NCBI RefSeq assembly: GCF_004010195.1
Contig: NC_057740.1
Location: 14,155,771-14,219,770, forward strand
Reading direction: 5' to 3'
Source of the DNA: Chiloscyllium plagiosum
Taxonomy: Eukaryota
DNA: 64,000 nt
The translations under genes and the position numbers were made by a program. Of the stretch, positions 39,523 to 50,899 are shown piece by piece; within the stretch, counting starts at the first letter, position 1, and each line of letters starts with the position of its first letter. Under the pieces are notes generated by a model, which saw only the letters and a program-made list of their open reading frames with translations, did not search any database and was not told where the DNA came from.

Positions 39523-40329
39523 CCATGACACGTTCATGGCAAGTTTTAATTTCTTCCCATCATGACTTGCAAAAGTTGAGGGGTGACCTTACAGAGGTTT
39601 ATAAAATCTTGAGGGGTATAAATAAGGTGAATAACAGGTGTCTTGCAGGTGGTGGACTGCATTCTTAAACCAGTTTTGGTAAAACACAACGGCTTTCTTG
39701 ACCAGTTCGTACATCCGTTAAGAGTTTGATGGAAGTCAGACTACAACTACACATAGTCTAGACTGATAGGTTTCCCTCCGCAATTAATGCAACAGTTTTG
39801 CAACAATTTCAAAGCCAGTCTTACCAACATTGAGCTTCTATTTCTAAACATTTAAAATTCTGATTCAAGTTCTCAAACTGTCACTGTGGGACATGAACTC
39901 TTTATTCTGGAGTATGAGTCCAATCTTCTATGTTAGGCCAGTAACATGACAACGACACACCTGTGACTATCTAGATGAAGGGCAAGGAGCAGACAGATGA
40001 CCCAGGAGTACTCAGCAGCTAGAACATATCATCAGACAGGTTGCTGAGGCCGAAGTTCAAGCGATTTAAGAAATAGTTCTCTGTTGTACAGGGGTACTCT
40101 TGGAAGGATATGATAAAATGGGGTTAATGGCTTTCATCTGAACTGATCTCACATTGTCTTCTGGCTGTCGTGTCTTGATTCACTTTAACAATATCCCACA
40201 TGGCGCAATGTATGCCCATGAAAAAAAGTTTCAATTCCTAGTTTCAAGGGAATAAGCTTGCAGAATATTTCTTGATGCTCTTTCAATTCCTCTATTTGTC
40301 TTTACTTTTCCACTTGTAATGCTCTGATT

Positions 40330-41070
40330 TTGTCTATCATACGCCCGGCATGGGATGGGGCGCTGTTGTAGAACAGAGACACTTAGGGCCTCAGGTACAT
40401 AATTCTTGAAGTTTGCATCATAAGTAGACAGGGTAGTTAAGAAGGCAATTAGCATGCTTGCCTTCATTGCTCAGATGTTTGATTATAGGAGCTGGGACAT
40501 TGTGTTGAGCTTTACAGGACGTTAGTGAGACCTTTTCTAGAGTACTGATCGTCCTGTTATAGGAAAGATATTATTAAGCTGGAGAGGGTTCAGAAAAGAT
40601 TTACCAGGATGGTATCAGGAATGGAGGGTTTGAATTATAAGGAATGGGTGGATAGACTGGGGCTTTTTTTTGGTTAGAGCATAGGAGGCCGAGGGGCGAA
40701 CTTACAGAAGTTTATAAAATCGTGAGGGGTATAAATAAGATGAATAGCCGATGTCTTTTCACCAGGCTGTGGGACTTCAAGACTAGGGGGCATACCTTTA
40801 AGTTGAGAGGAGAAAAATTTTAAAGACATGTGCAGCAATTTTTTACACAGAGGGTGGTTCGTGTGTGGAATGAATTTTCAGAGGAATTGGTGGATGTGGG
40901 TACAGTTACAACTTTCAAAAGGCATTTAGATAAGTACATGAATAAGAAATGTTTGGAGGGATACGGGCCAAGCACAGGAGGGCGGGACTAGTTTAATTTG
41001 GGATTATGGTCAGCACGGACTGGTAGCACTGGAGGGTCTGTTTCCGTGCTATATGACTCTATAAAATCTA
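40330..41070 (+). mobile_element. CR1/HER1 LINE 3' part
   Basis: ORF2 end motifs (LVRPFLEY, LERVQKRFTRM) and tail GCTATATGACTCTAT. Confidence 0.85.
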
Positions 41071-42528
41071 TCTATCTATATATATTTTTGTATTTAGAGA
41101 GTGAAAGAGGGAGCTATGACTCAGCAACGAATTGCCTTCAGGCAGAGAACTCATGCTGTTGACGATATCTGGCACATAGAGCAACCTACGAGTGTTTAGA
41201 TTAGACTCTAAGGAAACTTACTCAGCTAGAGATTATGACTTTCTGATGAACTAATCTTTCCACTTATCCCTATGAAGAAAAGCTTGGATTTACACACTGT
41301 TTATAGCCACAGGACATACCAAACAGCTTCACAGCCAATGAAGCATGTTTAAAAAAAATCTGTAGCCCCCACAACAAGAAGGGAATGCTACATTTGTTGC
41401 CACCTCAACTGTGGGTGACGAGGGTTTACAATTCAGCAATGACATCACTGCCACCAACTTCCTATTTGAGTGTGCTGGCAGGAAATAGTGGTGTGGGTAA
41501 TGGACAAATCTGAGCACAAGCTCCCTCAGAAAACAATGTAACAGTAACCAGATAATTGTAGACAGAATGGGTACAGGTTCACAAAATCTAGGCTTTGGGG
41601 TGCATTGTTGACTGGGGTTCAACTAGAAAAGATGATTTATTATTGTTTCCTGTCGTTTCCTGTCGTTTCCCCTGCTTTACATATTAGAGCTTGAGCCAGT
41701 AGAGTTATCCGCAGCCACATGGGAAGCATTGCAGTCCTCAGTTCTACACTTGCTAACTGCTTACTAATCAGAAACCTTGGAGTACTAGGTGTCAATTAAT
41801 AAGTGTGTTACAGATTTTTGGTTTGGTTCCAGGTGTTATCTTGGAGGTACTGAACCCAAAGAGAAGTTGTTTATCATGTTCATCTCTCGTAGAGACATTC
41901 ACGCTCAGCATCAAGTAAGAGCAATATTGCATTTATCTGTTGATAAGGTGGAGATGAATCGATTTCAATCTAACAGACACAGGAGCAGGTCATCCATTGT
42001 CTTGAGTCACTTCCACCTTTCAATTAAATCTTGGCTGACCTACATCTTAATTCCAACTGCCTGTTTTGACTCCATAACCTTTCGTTGACTTAATCATGAA
42101 GTAAACAGAATTTACCGTTAGACAGAGTTTAACAGACATGAACATGTTCTTCAATTTAATTGTAGCAAAGAAAAGCACCCAATATTATGAGACTTTGTAT
42201 CTGTAAAAACTGAGGTAATTTTACCCAAAAATTGCCCATAGTGTTAGGTGCATTAGTCAGAGGGAAATGGGTCTGGGTGGGTTACTCTTCGGAGGGTCGG
42301 TGTGGACTTGTTGGGCCGAAGGGCTTGTTTCGACACTGTAGGGAATCTAATCTAATCTGAAAAGATAGCATTAGTCTGCTAAGTATTGGTTTCCCTTTAA
42401 GGGTGTAAGGTGTCTTTCAACAAATAGTGGAGTAAGAATGAACTGCTGCATCTGATGACTGCTGCCTCCAAGTTCCCACACTCTGCTCCAAATGTTTCAT
42501 TTTGTGTTATCTCCATTATCTGACTCAC

Positions 42529-42695
42529 CCGTTGATATTATGCACTGTACTGCTTCTGTATGGTCCATCTTATGTAGACAACTGATTAGATGGCTCACTG
42601 AGCAGCCACGATCAGCCAGTAACTGGATAAAGTAGCGGCTTGGGCTTCCATCTGGCTCAAGAACCTTCAGTGAGCAGATCTCCAACTCCTTCTCA
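42529..42695 (-). CDS. Paracaspase coding exon 2 (death domain C-half)
   Basis: aacag|T GAG...: EKELEICSLKVLEPDGSPSRYFIQLLADRGCSVSHLISCLHKMDHTEAVQCIIST; donor G|gtgagt; 167 nt. Confidence 0.95.
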
Positions 42696-43169
42696 CTGTT
42701 AATAGAGTTTCACACAAATCATCAGTCAAATAGTCTAATTCTATGCTGTAATATTCTATGATATAAATATAACTAGAAAACATTCAGGATAGGAAAAGCA
42801 AACCCTATCCCTTTTTTAAAAAGATTTGAATCCCATCAACCAATCACATCCTTTAATTCCATCTTTCTGCCATGTTCTTCAGCCCCATAGACTCAGCACA
42901 ATTCATTAGTTTTAATTCAATTGCTATTTAAACTGTCCATTTCAAAGTCCTTCCTGATAAATTGCATTACGTTTTGTAAGAAGGAATTTCCCTTTCTTTT
43001 AGTATCACATTTGTATTCAGTGTCCTAATATTTTATCCTTTCAATACACTGATAAGTTAATTTGGAGGTGGAGGTGTGGTGGAGTGGTAATGTTGCTTGC
43101 TCTAGGCTCAAAGCTCTGGGTTTCAGCCCACACCACAGCTTGTCGGCCATGGAAGGTGAGCTTGTAATA

Positions 43170-43290
43170 TGAGGAGAAAGTGAGGTCTGCAGATGTTGGA
43201 GATCAGAGATGGAAATGTGTTGCTGGAAAAGCGCAGCAGGTCAGGCAGCATCGAGGGAACAGGAGAATCGACGTTTCGGGCATTAGCCCT
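43170..43290 (-). mobile_element. Family-A PLE terminal fragment
   Basis: Near-identical to 48580-48700. Confidence 0.8.
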
Positions 43291-43641
43291 TTGTCGACCT
43301 GATGGCAGGCTCTGAGAGTGGGACAATATCCTTGTCAGCTATCCTGCAGTAGGTGATGACAAACCTTTGCAGCACTTTGCCCATAAGAATAGTCCAATCT
43401 GACGGAAGTCCATAGCCCAAACCTCGGAAATGAGGATAGGAAAAACACAGAGAAGGCGGAACCTACATTGATAACCAGAAAAAGTGAGCAATATGGGCAG
43501 ATCATTCAGCTGCATCAGCCCAGGCTCCAACCTTTGCTCGAAACCCTCAACTTGATAACCCTCCTTACTCCTTTATAATCCTCAGAAACTACCTCTTTGG
43601 TCATACTTTCAGTCAGTACACATCACCCAATGTGGGCTTAC

Positions 43642-43781
43642 CTGCACTTAAACCGTCTGTCTGTGCCAATAACTTCAGCCAGTTTCCTCCATCCCTTCTT
43701 GGTGCAGTTGTCCAGAAATATGCTGAGCCTCCTCAGTGTCTGTTCTCCAAGACCACTTAATAGTAAACTCTGGTGGTCCAT
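43642..43781 (-). CDS. Paracaspase coding exon 1 (start, death domain N-half)
   Basis: gaaaccATGG Kozak with in-frame stop upstream; MDHQSLLLSGLGEQTLRRLSIFLDNCTKKGWRKLAEVIGTDRRFKC; donor AG|gtaagc, phase 2. Likely acceptor at 43860/43861 adds 5'UTR. Confidence 0.9.
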
Positions 43782-45835
43782 GGTTTCACCTTCAAATTTT
43801 CAACAGAATGGCAAGGATTGTTGGAAACGCATTGAAGAGGCAATCATGATAACTATGTCACTGTCCAAACAAGTACAAGTAAGGGATAAAGAAAGAAACT
43901 TGAAGCACATACTGAGCAGGACTATTCTGTCCTATTAGTGTCATCAAATCTAAGCTATGAAAGAGTGGACAGGGAAACATTATTTTCCTTGGTGCATTAC
44001 TCAGGATTTTTAGAAATAAGGAGTGAAGTTAGAAGTATCATTTCTCAAGATAGAGTGTGCTTGTTCACAATAGGATATTCATGCAGAGTTATCTAAAAGA
44101 TAATGTAATTTGGATCACACAGGAATAATATAGAAGAATATGGGGCAAAGGGGAGACAAATGTGTATTACTTGAAGGATCAGCGTAAGCAGCTTCCTAAT
44201 TTACTAATTTGATGGGTCTATCATTCTTGAGGTAATAACTTATAGACATTTGTACAACACAAGTTCAAAAGATACAAATGGATCGTTGGAAATAAAGGAC
44301 ATGTCACCTATAAACAATGAGAATTGCATGCTCAATATTAAACAGGACGGCATTTTGAATTTAGAAATCTAAAAATAACAACCAGAAATATTTTAAACAA
44401 CAACTGGCTTCAACTTGCAAAATGCAAATATAAAATACATCAATTACACATCCAAACCTTTCAGACTGACACCAAAAACCAGGGAGCTGTTCTTCTTTAA
44501 CTGAGTATTTCTAGCAATTACAAACTACAAAAAAAGATTTTAAAACGTGTACCTAGTTAACTGGTCTGAAAGCTGTCAAGATCCTGGTACAGAGGGTCCC
44601 CATGAAGGCCTATGGCTGGTTCAGCTCCACATCAGTTATAAATTATTCACAGGATCACAACTTGTCGCTGTATTGAAAAAGAGCTGCTCGCTACACAAAA
44701 AGGAGAAGTGTATACAGGCATACAAACATGCAGGCATCTGCGGATGTGAAACTCAGTTACAGATATAAAAACACTCACTTCTGCATTTCCATTTAAATGT
44801 TCCCCAAATTCACATGCTGCGCAGCAATCTGCTTCCCATAAAGCAGGTACTGTACTAAGGTAACAGAATCAAATCTTCCATGATGCTTTTACACGCTTTG
44901 TCTTTATTCTTTCATGGGGTGTGGCCAACATCCCTAATTGACCTTGAACTAAACTGAGTCAACCATATTTCAGAGGATCTGGTGTCATACGTAGGCCAGA
45001 CCAGATAAGGATGGCAGATTTCCTTCCCTAAAGGACATTAATGAATCAGATGATTAGTGAACGGACACAATTATTTAGACTACTTTTGATTTAGACTTTG
45101 TTCATTGACTTTCATTTGTGGTGTGATTTGAATCCATGTCCCCTCACATTAGCCTGAACTATTGGATCACTAGTCTAGTGACATTGTCATTACTCCACCA
45201 TCTCCCCAAACATGCAAATAATAGATTTAATCGCTGTTTCTAATTGAATTAGCTGATCTCATTCCAGGGCAGAGTGGACAGGGGAGGCAAGACATGTCAA
45301 ACTCAATATCCCATTGAGCAGGATTGGAAGCGTCTGAATTTGATCCCTGTTCTGTCAGGCACGCATGTTGAGGATAGTGGTTTCATTTTGAATGATGTCC
45401 TGACTGAGATAATCTAAGTTGGCACAGGACATCCTCTGATCTATATAGCTCAGCACAGCATTAACCAGTTGAGTTTCTGTAGACAGATGGAAAATGAATA
45501 ATAATAACCAATTTCAGAGAAAGTTAATACAGGCAGAATGAATCAGGAGCTCTCAAGCACAGTTCCTTCATTACACAATTGTGAAAAACTCAGAAATGTG
45601 GAAAAAAAACAACTGTAACTTGTCCATTCATTTCAGGCACTCCAATTGGCTGATAATTTGCAAGTCCAATATGACTAAACCACAAGTTAAAACAGAACAC
45701 TTTGGATAGCAAACTTTAGGAAGTTTGTTAAAGAAAAAAGTATAACTAAACTTGGAAAGATGACTTTACCAGCTTCAACCGGTTTCTCAGTTTGTTGAAA
45801 TGTAGGTCACGTTCACACACTCAAGTTGTTGGTTA

Positions 45836-48013
45836 ATAGAATAGAATCCCTACAATGTTGAAACAGGCCATTCAGCCCAACAAATCCACACTGACACTCT
45901 GAAGAGTAACCCAACCAGACCCATTTCCCTGTGTTTACCCCTGACTAATTTACCTAACCTACATATCCCTCAACACTATGGACACTTTAGCATGGCCAAT
46001 TCACCTCATCTGCACATCTTTGGATTGCAGGAGGAAACCAGAGCAAATGAGGAGAATGTGCAAACTCCACACAGACCGTCACCCAAGGCTGGAATCAAAC
46101 CCAGGTCACTGGCACTTTGATTCTGGATCAGTGGTGCTGGAAGAGCACAGCAGTTCAGGCAGCATCCGAGGACTGGCAAAATCCGAGGACAGGCAAAATC
46201 GACGTTTCGGGCAAAAGCCCTTCATCAGGATTAAAGGCAGAGAGCCTGAAGCGTGGAGAGATAAGCTAGAGGAGGGTGGGGGTGGGGAGAGAGTAGCATA
46301 GAGTACAATAGGTCAATNNNNNNNNNNNNNNNNNNNNNNNNNNNNNNNNNNNNNNNNNNNNNNNNNNNNNNNNNNNNNNNNNNNNNNNNNNNNNNNNNNN
46401 NNNNNNNNNNNNNNNNNNNNNNNNNNNNNNNNNNNNNNNNNNNNNNNNNNNNNNNNNNNNNNNNNNNNNNNNNNNNNNNNNNNNNNNNNNNNNNNNNNNN
46501 NNNNNNNNNNNNNNNNNNNNNNNNNNNNNNNNNNNNNNNNNNNNNNNNNNNNNNNNNNNNNNNNNNNNNNNNNNNNNNNNNNNNNNNNNNNNNNNNNNNN
46601 NNNNNNNNNNNNNNNNNNNNNNNNNNNNNNNNNNNNNNNNNNNNNNNNNNNNNNNNNNNNNNNNNNNNNNNNNNNNNNNNNNNNNNNNNNNNNNNNNNNN
46701 NNNNNNNNNNNNNNNNNNNNNNNNNNNNNNNNNNNNNNNNNNNNNNNNNNNNNNNNNNNNNNNNNNNNNNNNNNNNNNNNNNNNNNNNNNNNNNNNNNNN
46801 NNNNNNNNNNNNNNNNNNNNNNNNNNNNNNNNNNNNNNNNNNNNNNNNNNNNNNNNNNNNNNNNNNNNNNNNNNNNNNNNNNNNNNNNNNNNNNNNNNNN
46901 NNNNNNNNNNNNNNNNNNNNNNNNNNNNNNNNNNNNNNNNNNNNNNNNNNNNNNNNNNNNNNNNNNNNNNNNNNNNNNNNNNNNNNNNNNNNNNNNNNNN
47001 NNNNNNNNNNNNNNNNNNNNNNNNNNNNNNNNNNNNNNNNNNNNNNNNNNNNNNNNNNNNNNNNNNNNNNNNNNNNNNNNNNNNNNNNNNNNNNNNNNNN
47101 NNNNNNNNNNNNNNNNNNNNNNNNNNNNNNNNNNNNNNNNNNNNNNNNNNNNNNNNNNNNNNNNNNNNNNNNNNNNNNNNNNNNNNNNNNNNNNNNNNNN
47201 NNNNNNNNNNNNNNNNNNNNNNNNNNNNNNNNNNNNNNNNNNNNNNNNNNNNTGGACTGTTCTACGTAGCCAACAAAGAGACAGGCATTGCTGGGGCCCA
47301 TACGTGTGCCCATGGCTACCCCTTTGGTCTGGAGGAAGTGGGAGGATTCAAAGGAGAAATTGTTAAGGGTGAGGACCAGTTCGGCCAAACGAATGAGAGT
47401 GTCGGTGGAAGGGTACTGTTGGGAACGTCTGGAGAGGAAAAAATGGAGGGCTTGGAGGCCCTAGTCATGGCGGATGGAGGTATAGAGGGATTGGATATCC
47501 ATGGTGAAGATGAGGCGTTGGGGGCCGGGGAAACGGAAGTCTTGGAGGAGGTGGAGGGCGTGGGTGGTGTCTCGAACGTATGTGGGGAGTTCCTGGACTA
47601 GAGGGGATAGGACAGTGTCGACGTAGGTAGAGATGAGTTCAGTGGGGCAGGAGCATGCTGAGACACTGTCCCCTTGACTTGTCTGGACTTGTTCGATCTG
47701 CCTAGCTCCTTTTCCACCTATCCACTCCACCCTCTCCTCCCCCACTGACCTATTGTACTCTATGCTACTCCCTCCCCATCCCCACCCTCCTCTAGCTTAT
47801 CTCTCCACGCTTCAGGCTCTCTGCCTTTATTCCTGATGAAGGGCTTTTGCCCGAAACGTCGATTTTGCCTGTCCTCGGATTTTGCCTGTCCTCGGATGCT
47901 GCCTGAACTGCTGTGCTCTTCCAGCACCACTGATCCAGAATCTGGTTTCCAGCATCTGCAGTCATTGTTTTTACCCTGGCACTTTGAGGCAGCAGTACTA
48001 ACCACTGTGCCAC
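45836..48013 (-). mobile_element. HE1 SINE interrupted by a Neptune-type PLE (46121-47975; N gap 46318-47252)
   Basis: TSD CTGGCACTTTGA at 46109-46120 and 47976-47987; RT motifs FTMDIQSLYTSI and GVAMGTRMGPS; terminal repeats in inverted orientation. Confidence 0.88.
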
Positions 48014-48579
48014 CCACCAATGATCTTGATGTTGAGTGGAGATTTACAGGTGGTTCATACTGCAGAGTCTTCAATGTCTGACTAATCACAAAACTTAACT
48101 TTAACCTATGGTGGGCCTTTATGGCAGATCAGAGTCAAGCCAGATACTTTCTAATAAAATCATTCAGAGATGCTATTACACACTTTTGGAGCAAGTGGGA
48201 CTTGAACCCAGGTCTCCTTGTCCAGAGGTAGGGACACTACCACTGTATCACAAGATGCCACAGAGTCAGGTGAATGTTGACTTAATAATTGATTCTAGCT
48301 GTTGTTATGAGGAATTTTTTTTTAATAAATAGATGATCTGGTTATCAGCATATTGCTGTATTTGGGAACTTGCAGTGTGGAAATTGCCTGCTTGCTTTTC
48401 CGATAACATATTTCTGAATTATCTTGGTCAGAGATGTTATTTACACACCTCTGGAATAAATGTGACTTGAACTCAAATTTCCTGGCTCAGAGATAGAGAC
48501 ATTACTCACCTACCCCCCACCCTCCGATTTTTAAAAAATCAACCTAATGGAGATGCTAATGACATATGGCTGGGACAGG

Positions 48580-48806
48580 AGAAAGTGAGGTCTGCAGATG
48601 CTGGAGATCAGAGCTGGAAATGTGTTGCTGGAAAAGCGCAGCAGGTCAGGCAGCATCCAGGGAACAGGAGAATCGACGTTTCGGGCACAAGCCCTTCTTC
48701 AGGAATGAGCTCATTCCTGAAGAAGGGCTTGTGCCCGAAACGTCGATTCTCCTGTTCCCTGGAAGCTGCCTGACCTGCTGCGCTTTTCCAGCAACACATT
48801 TCCAGC
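48580..48806. mobile_element. Family-A PLE-terminus near-perfect palindrome
   Basis: 98-bp arms 48612-48709 and 48710-48807 with one mismatch; TSD TATGGCTGGGACAGG at 48565-48579 and 48807-48821. Confidence 0.92.
48717..48744 (+). ncRNA. Minimal hammerhead ribozyme core (PLE type); mirror copy on the minus strand at 48675-48702
   Basis: CTGAAGA-A-GGGC-TTGT-GCCC-GAA-ACGT-C: conserved CUGANGA and GAAA boxes, stem II, GUC triplet, palindromic ACGU in place of stem III. Stem I is weak. Confidence 0.6.
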
Positions 48807-50246
48807 TATGGCTGGGACAGGTTGGACTTGAAGCCAGATTCAGAGGTAAGAACTCTATCACTGCGCCACAACAGTGCAATGATTCTAATCAACCTGCGCT
48901 GGCATGTTAAAACACAACCCAGGTGCAGGTGGAACTTGATCTGAGATGTCGTGGCTCAGAGGTAGGGACCCCACAACTGCGTCACAGAAGCCCAAAGATT
49001 CAGGCGATTGCTGACTTAATTTTTTTTTGTACTTCACTCATAGCACATGTGTGTAGCTGGCTGACCAGCATTTACTGACCCCTGCCTAATTGCCCTTGAG
49101 CTGCCTTCTTGAAACACTGTAGTCTTGAACCTTCTGTGGACTGACCCACAATGCCATTAAGGGAGGGAACTCCAGGATTTTCACCCAGTAACAGTCAAGG
49201 AACTACAAAATATTTTCAAGTCAAGGATGCTGAGTGCCTTGGAGGGGAACTTGCAGGTGGTGTACCCTCATATCTGCTGCCCTTTTCCTTCCAGATGGAA
49301 GATGCCATGGGTTTGGAAGGTTCTGTGTGAGGATCTTTGGTGAACTTCTACAGTGTATCTTCTAGATAGTACACACTGCTGCTACTCAACATAGGCGGTG
49401 GAAGGTGTGGATGCTTATGAATGTAGAGTCGATCAAGCAGAACTGAATGGTTTCAAGCTTCTTGAGTGTTGTTGCAGCTGCATTCGTCCAGACAAGTGGG
49501 GAGTATTCGATCATACTCCTGACTTGGGCCATCCCTGGAGGGGTGGGGGAGGGAGAATAGCTCGGAATGCGATAGGTAAGATGAGCGTTGTGGGGTGATG
49601 GTGATAGGCTGGAGCAGATAGGTGGGAAGGAAGATGGACGGGTAGGACAGTTCAAGAAGGCGGTGCCAGTTTTAGTGTTGGCAGGTGCTGCCATCAAGGG
49701 TGCCCTCTCTCGCCACTACTATTTACATTGGTGATCCAGCCACAGGTGGAAGCCATTCAGAAAGATCCCAATATAACTGCCCCAGAGGTAGGGTCAGGCA
49801 GGAATAGAATTATCCTCTATGCAGATGATGTCCTTCTCTTTTTAACTGATTCAATGACATCGTGCCCTGCTTAATACAACTGATTAATCTATTTGGTTTG
49901 TTTTCAGGGTATAAAATTAATTTCATGAAATCAGAGGCCACGCCTGTGTGGGGTCTTACTAGTATATCCACCTTTGGGAATGCAACCTGTTTCCCCTTCC
50001 ACTGGTCACAGGGAGGTTTTCTGTATTTAGTCATTTTTATTACCCCGGTTTTTGATCAATTATATAGAGCCAATTACGATCAGCTACTAGAGAAAATCAG
50101 GCAGGATCTTCGGCGTTGGGAAGATCTTCCGAAATCTTGGTTGGGCAGGATAGCTCTGGTTAAGATAAATGTTCTTCCTTGCTTGTTATATCCCATGAGA
50201 ATGCTCCCTTTGTTGCTGCCAAAGCAAATACTGTGCAGGTTTTACA

Positions 50247-50449
50247 GCTGAAAATGTGTTGTTGGAAAAGCGCAGCAGGTCAGGCAGCATCCAAGAAGCA
50301 GGAGAATCAACGTTTCGGGCATGAGCCCTTCTTCATGCCCGAAACGTCGATTCTCCTGCTCCTTGGATGCTGCCTGACCTGCTGCGCTTTTCCAGCAACA
50401 CATTTTCAGCTCTGATCTCCAGCATCTGCAGTCCTCACTTTCACCTAGA
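50247..50449. mobile_element. Family-A PLE fold-back nested in the L1
   Basis: TSD AGG(T/C)TTTACAGCTG at 50237-50250 and 50450-50463. Confidence 0.85.
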
Positions 50450-50480
50450 AGGCTTTACAGCTGTTTTGGATCTTTTATTT

Positions 50481-50899
50481 TTTAAAATTTTTTTTTCACT
50501 CATGTTGCGTGCGTGCAGGTGTGAGACACAGTGAAAGATAACAGGTGTACAAATCTTTATTCAAATTTCTACCACTAGGAAGAAAGGAAACACCAGGGTG
50601 GCCAGTCACAAGCAGTGCCCTTCTCAGAGGGCATTGCTGCGTGATCAAACAGTGAAGGGGAAGGCAGGGATTAAATCACAATAGAGTTGGAGGGGGAAAT
50701 AATACACTCCACCAACTGCGGTGCCCACCTTTCCCTGAAAATCTCAAAGGTGTTAGCGGACCCCACGTGCTCCTTCTCCAGGGTCACCTGGGCTCTGACA
50801 TAACCATGGAAGAGGGGCAGGCAGTTGGCCATAATGACCCCCTCCACAGCCCACTGCCTGGACCTGTTTATGGCCAGTTTGGCCAGGCCCAGGGCTTGA
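50481..50899 (-). mobile_element. Tx1-like LINE 3' end nested in the L1
   Basis: LGLAKLAINRSRQWAVEG...EKEH...FRERWAPQ; minus-strand AATAAA and A tail; TSD ATCTTTTATTT at 50470-50480 and 50900-50910. Confidence 0.75.

Larger units (their letters stand above)
3617..43781 (-). other. MALT1-family paracaspase gene span (MALT1-like; probably PCASP2/malt2), 15 coding exons in window, terminal exon outside window
   Basis: All GT-AG exons join in frame to ~672 codons: DD-Ig1-Ig2-caspase-like-Ig3. Most exon lengths (167,179,97,204,178,75,128,150,158) equal those I recall for human MALT1. Paralogue identity is inferred from MRPL54 synteny. Confidence 0.95.

Noticed and set aside
43339-43530. ORF as paracaspase first exon
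   Set aside because: No death-domain similarity; the true exon is 43642-43781.
46231-47388. 385-aa ORF (and ORFs at 4278-5073)
   Set aside because: Their length comes from N runs.
48566-48910. Recurrent small ORFs such as MCCWKSAAGQAASREQENRRFGHKPFF as a peptide family
   Set aside because: They are incidental translations of the PLE terminal repeat on either strand, with variable truncation and no consistent start.
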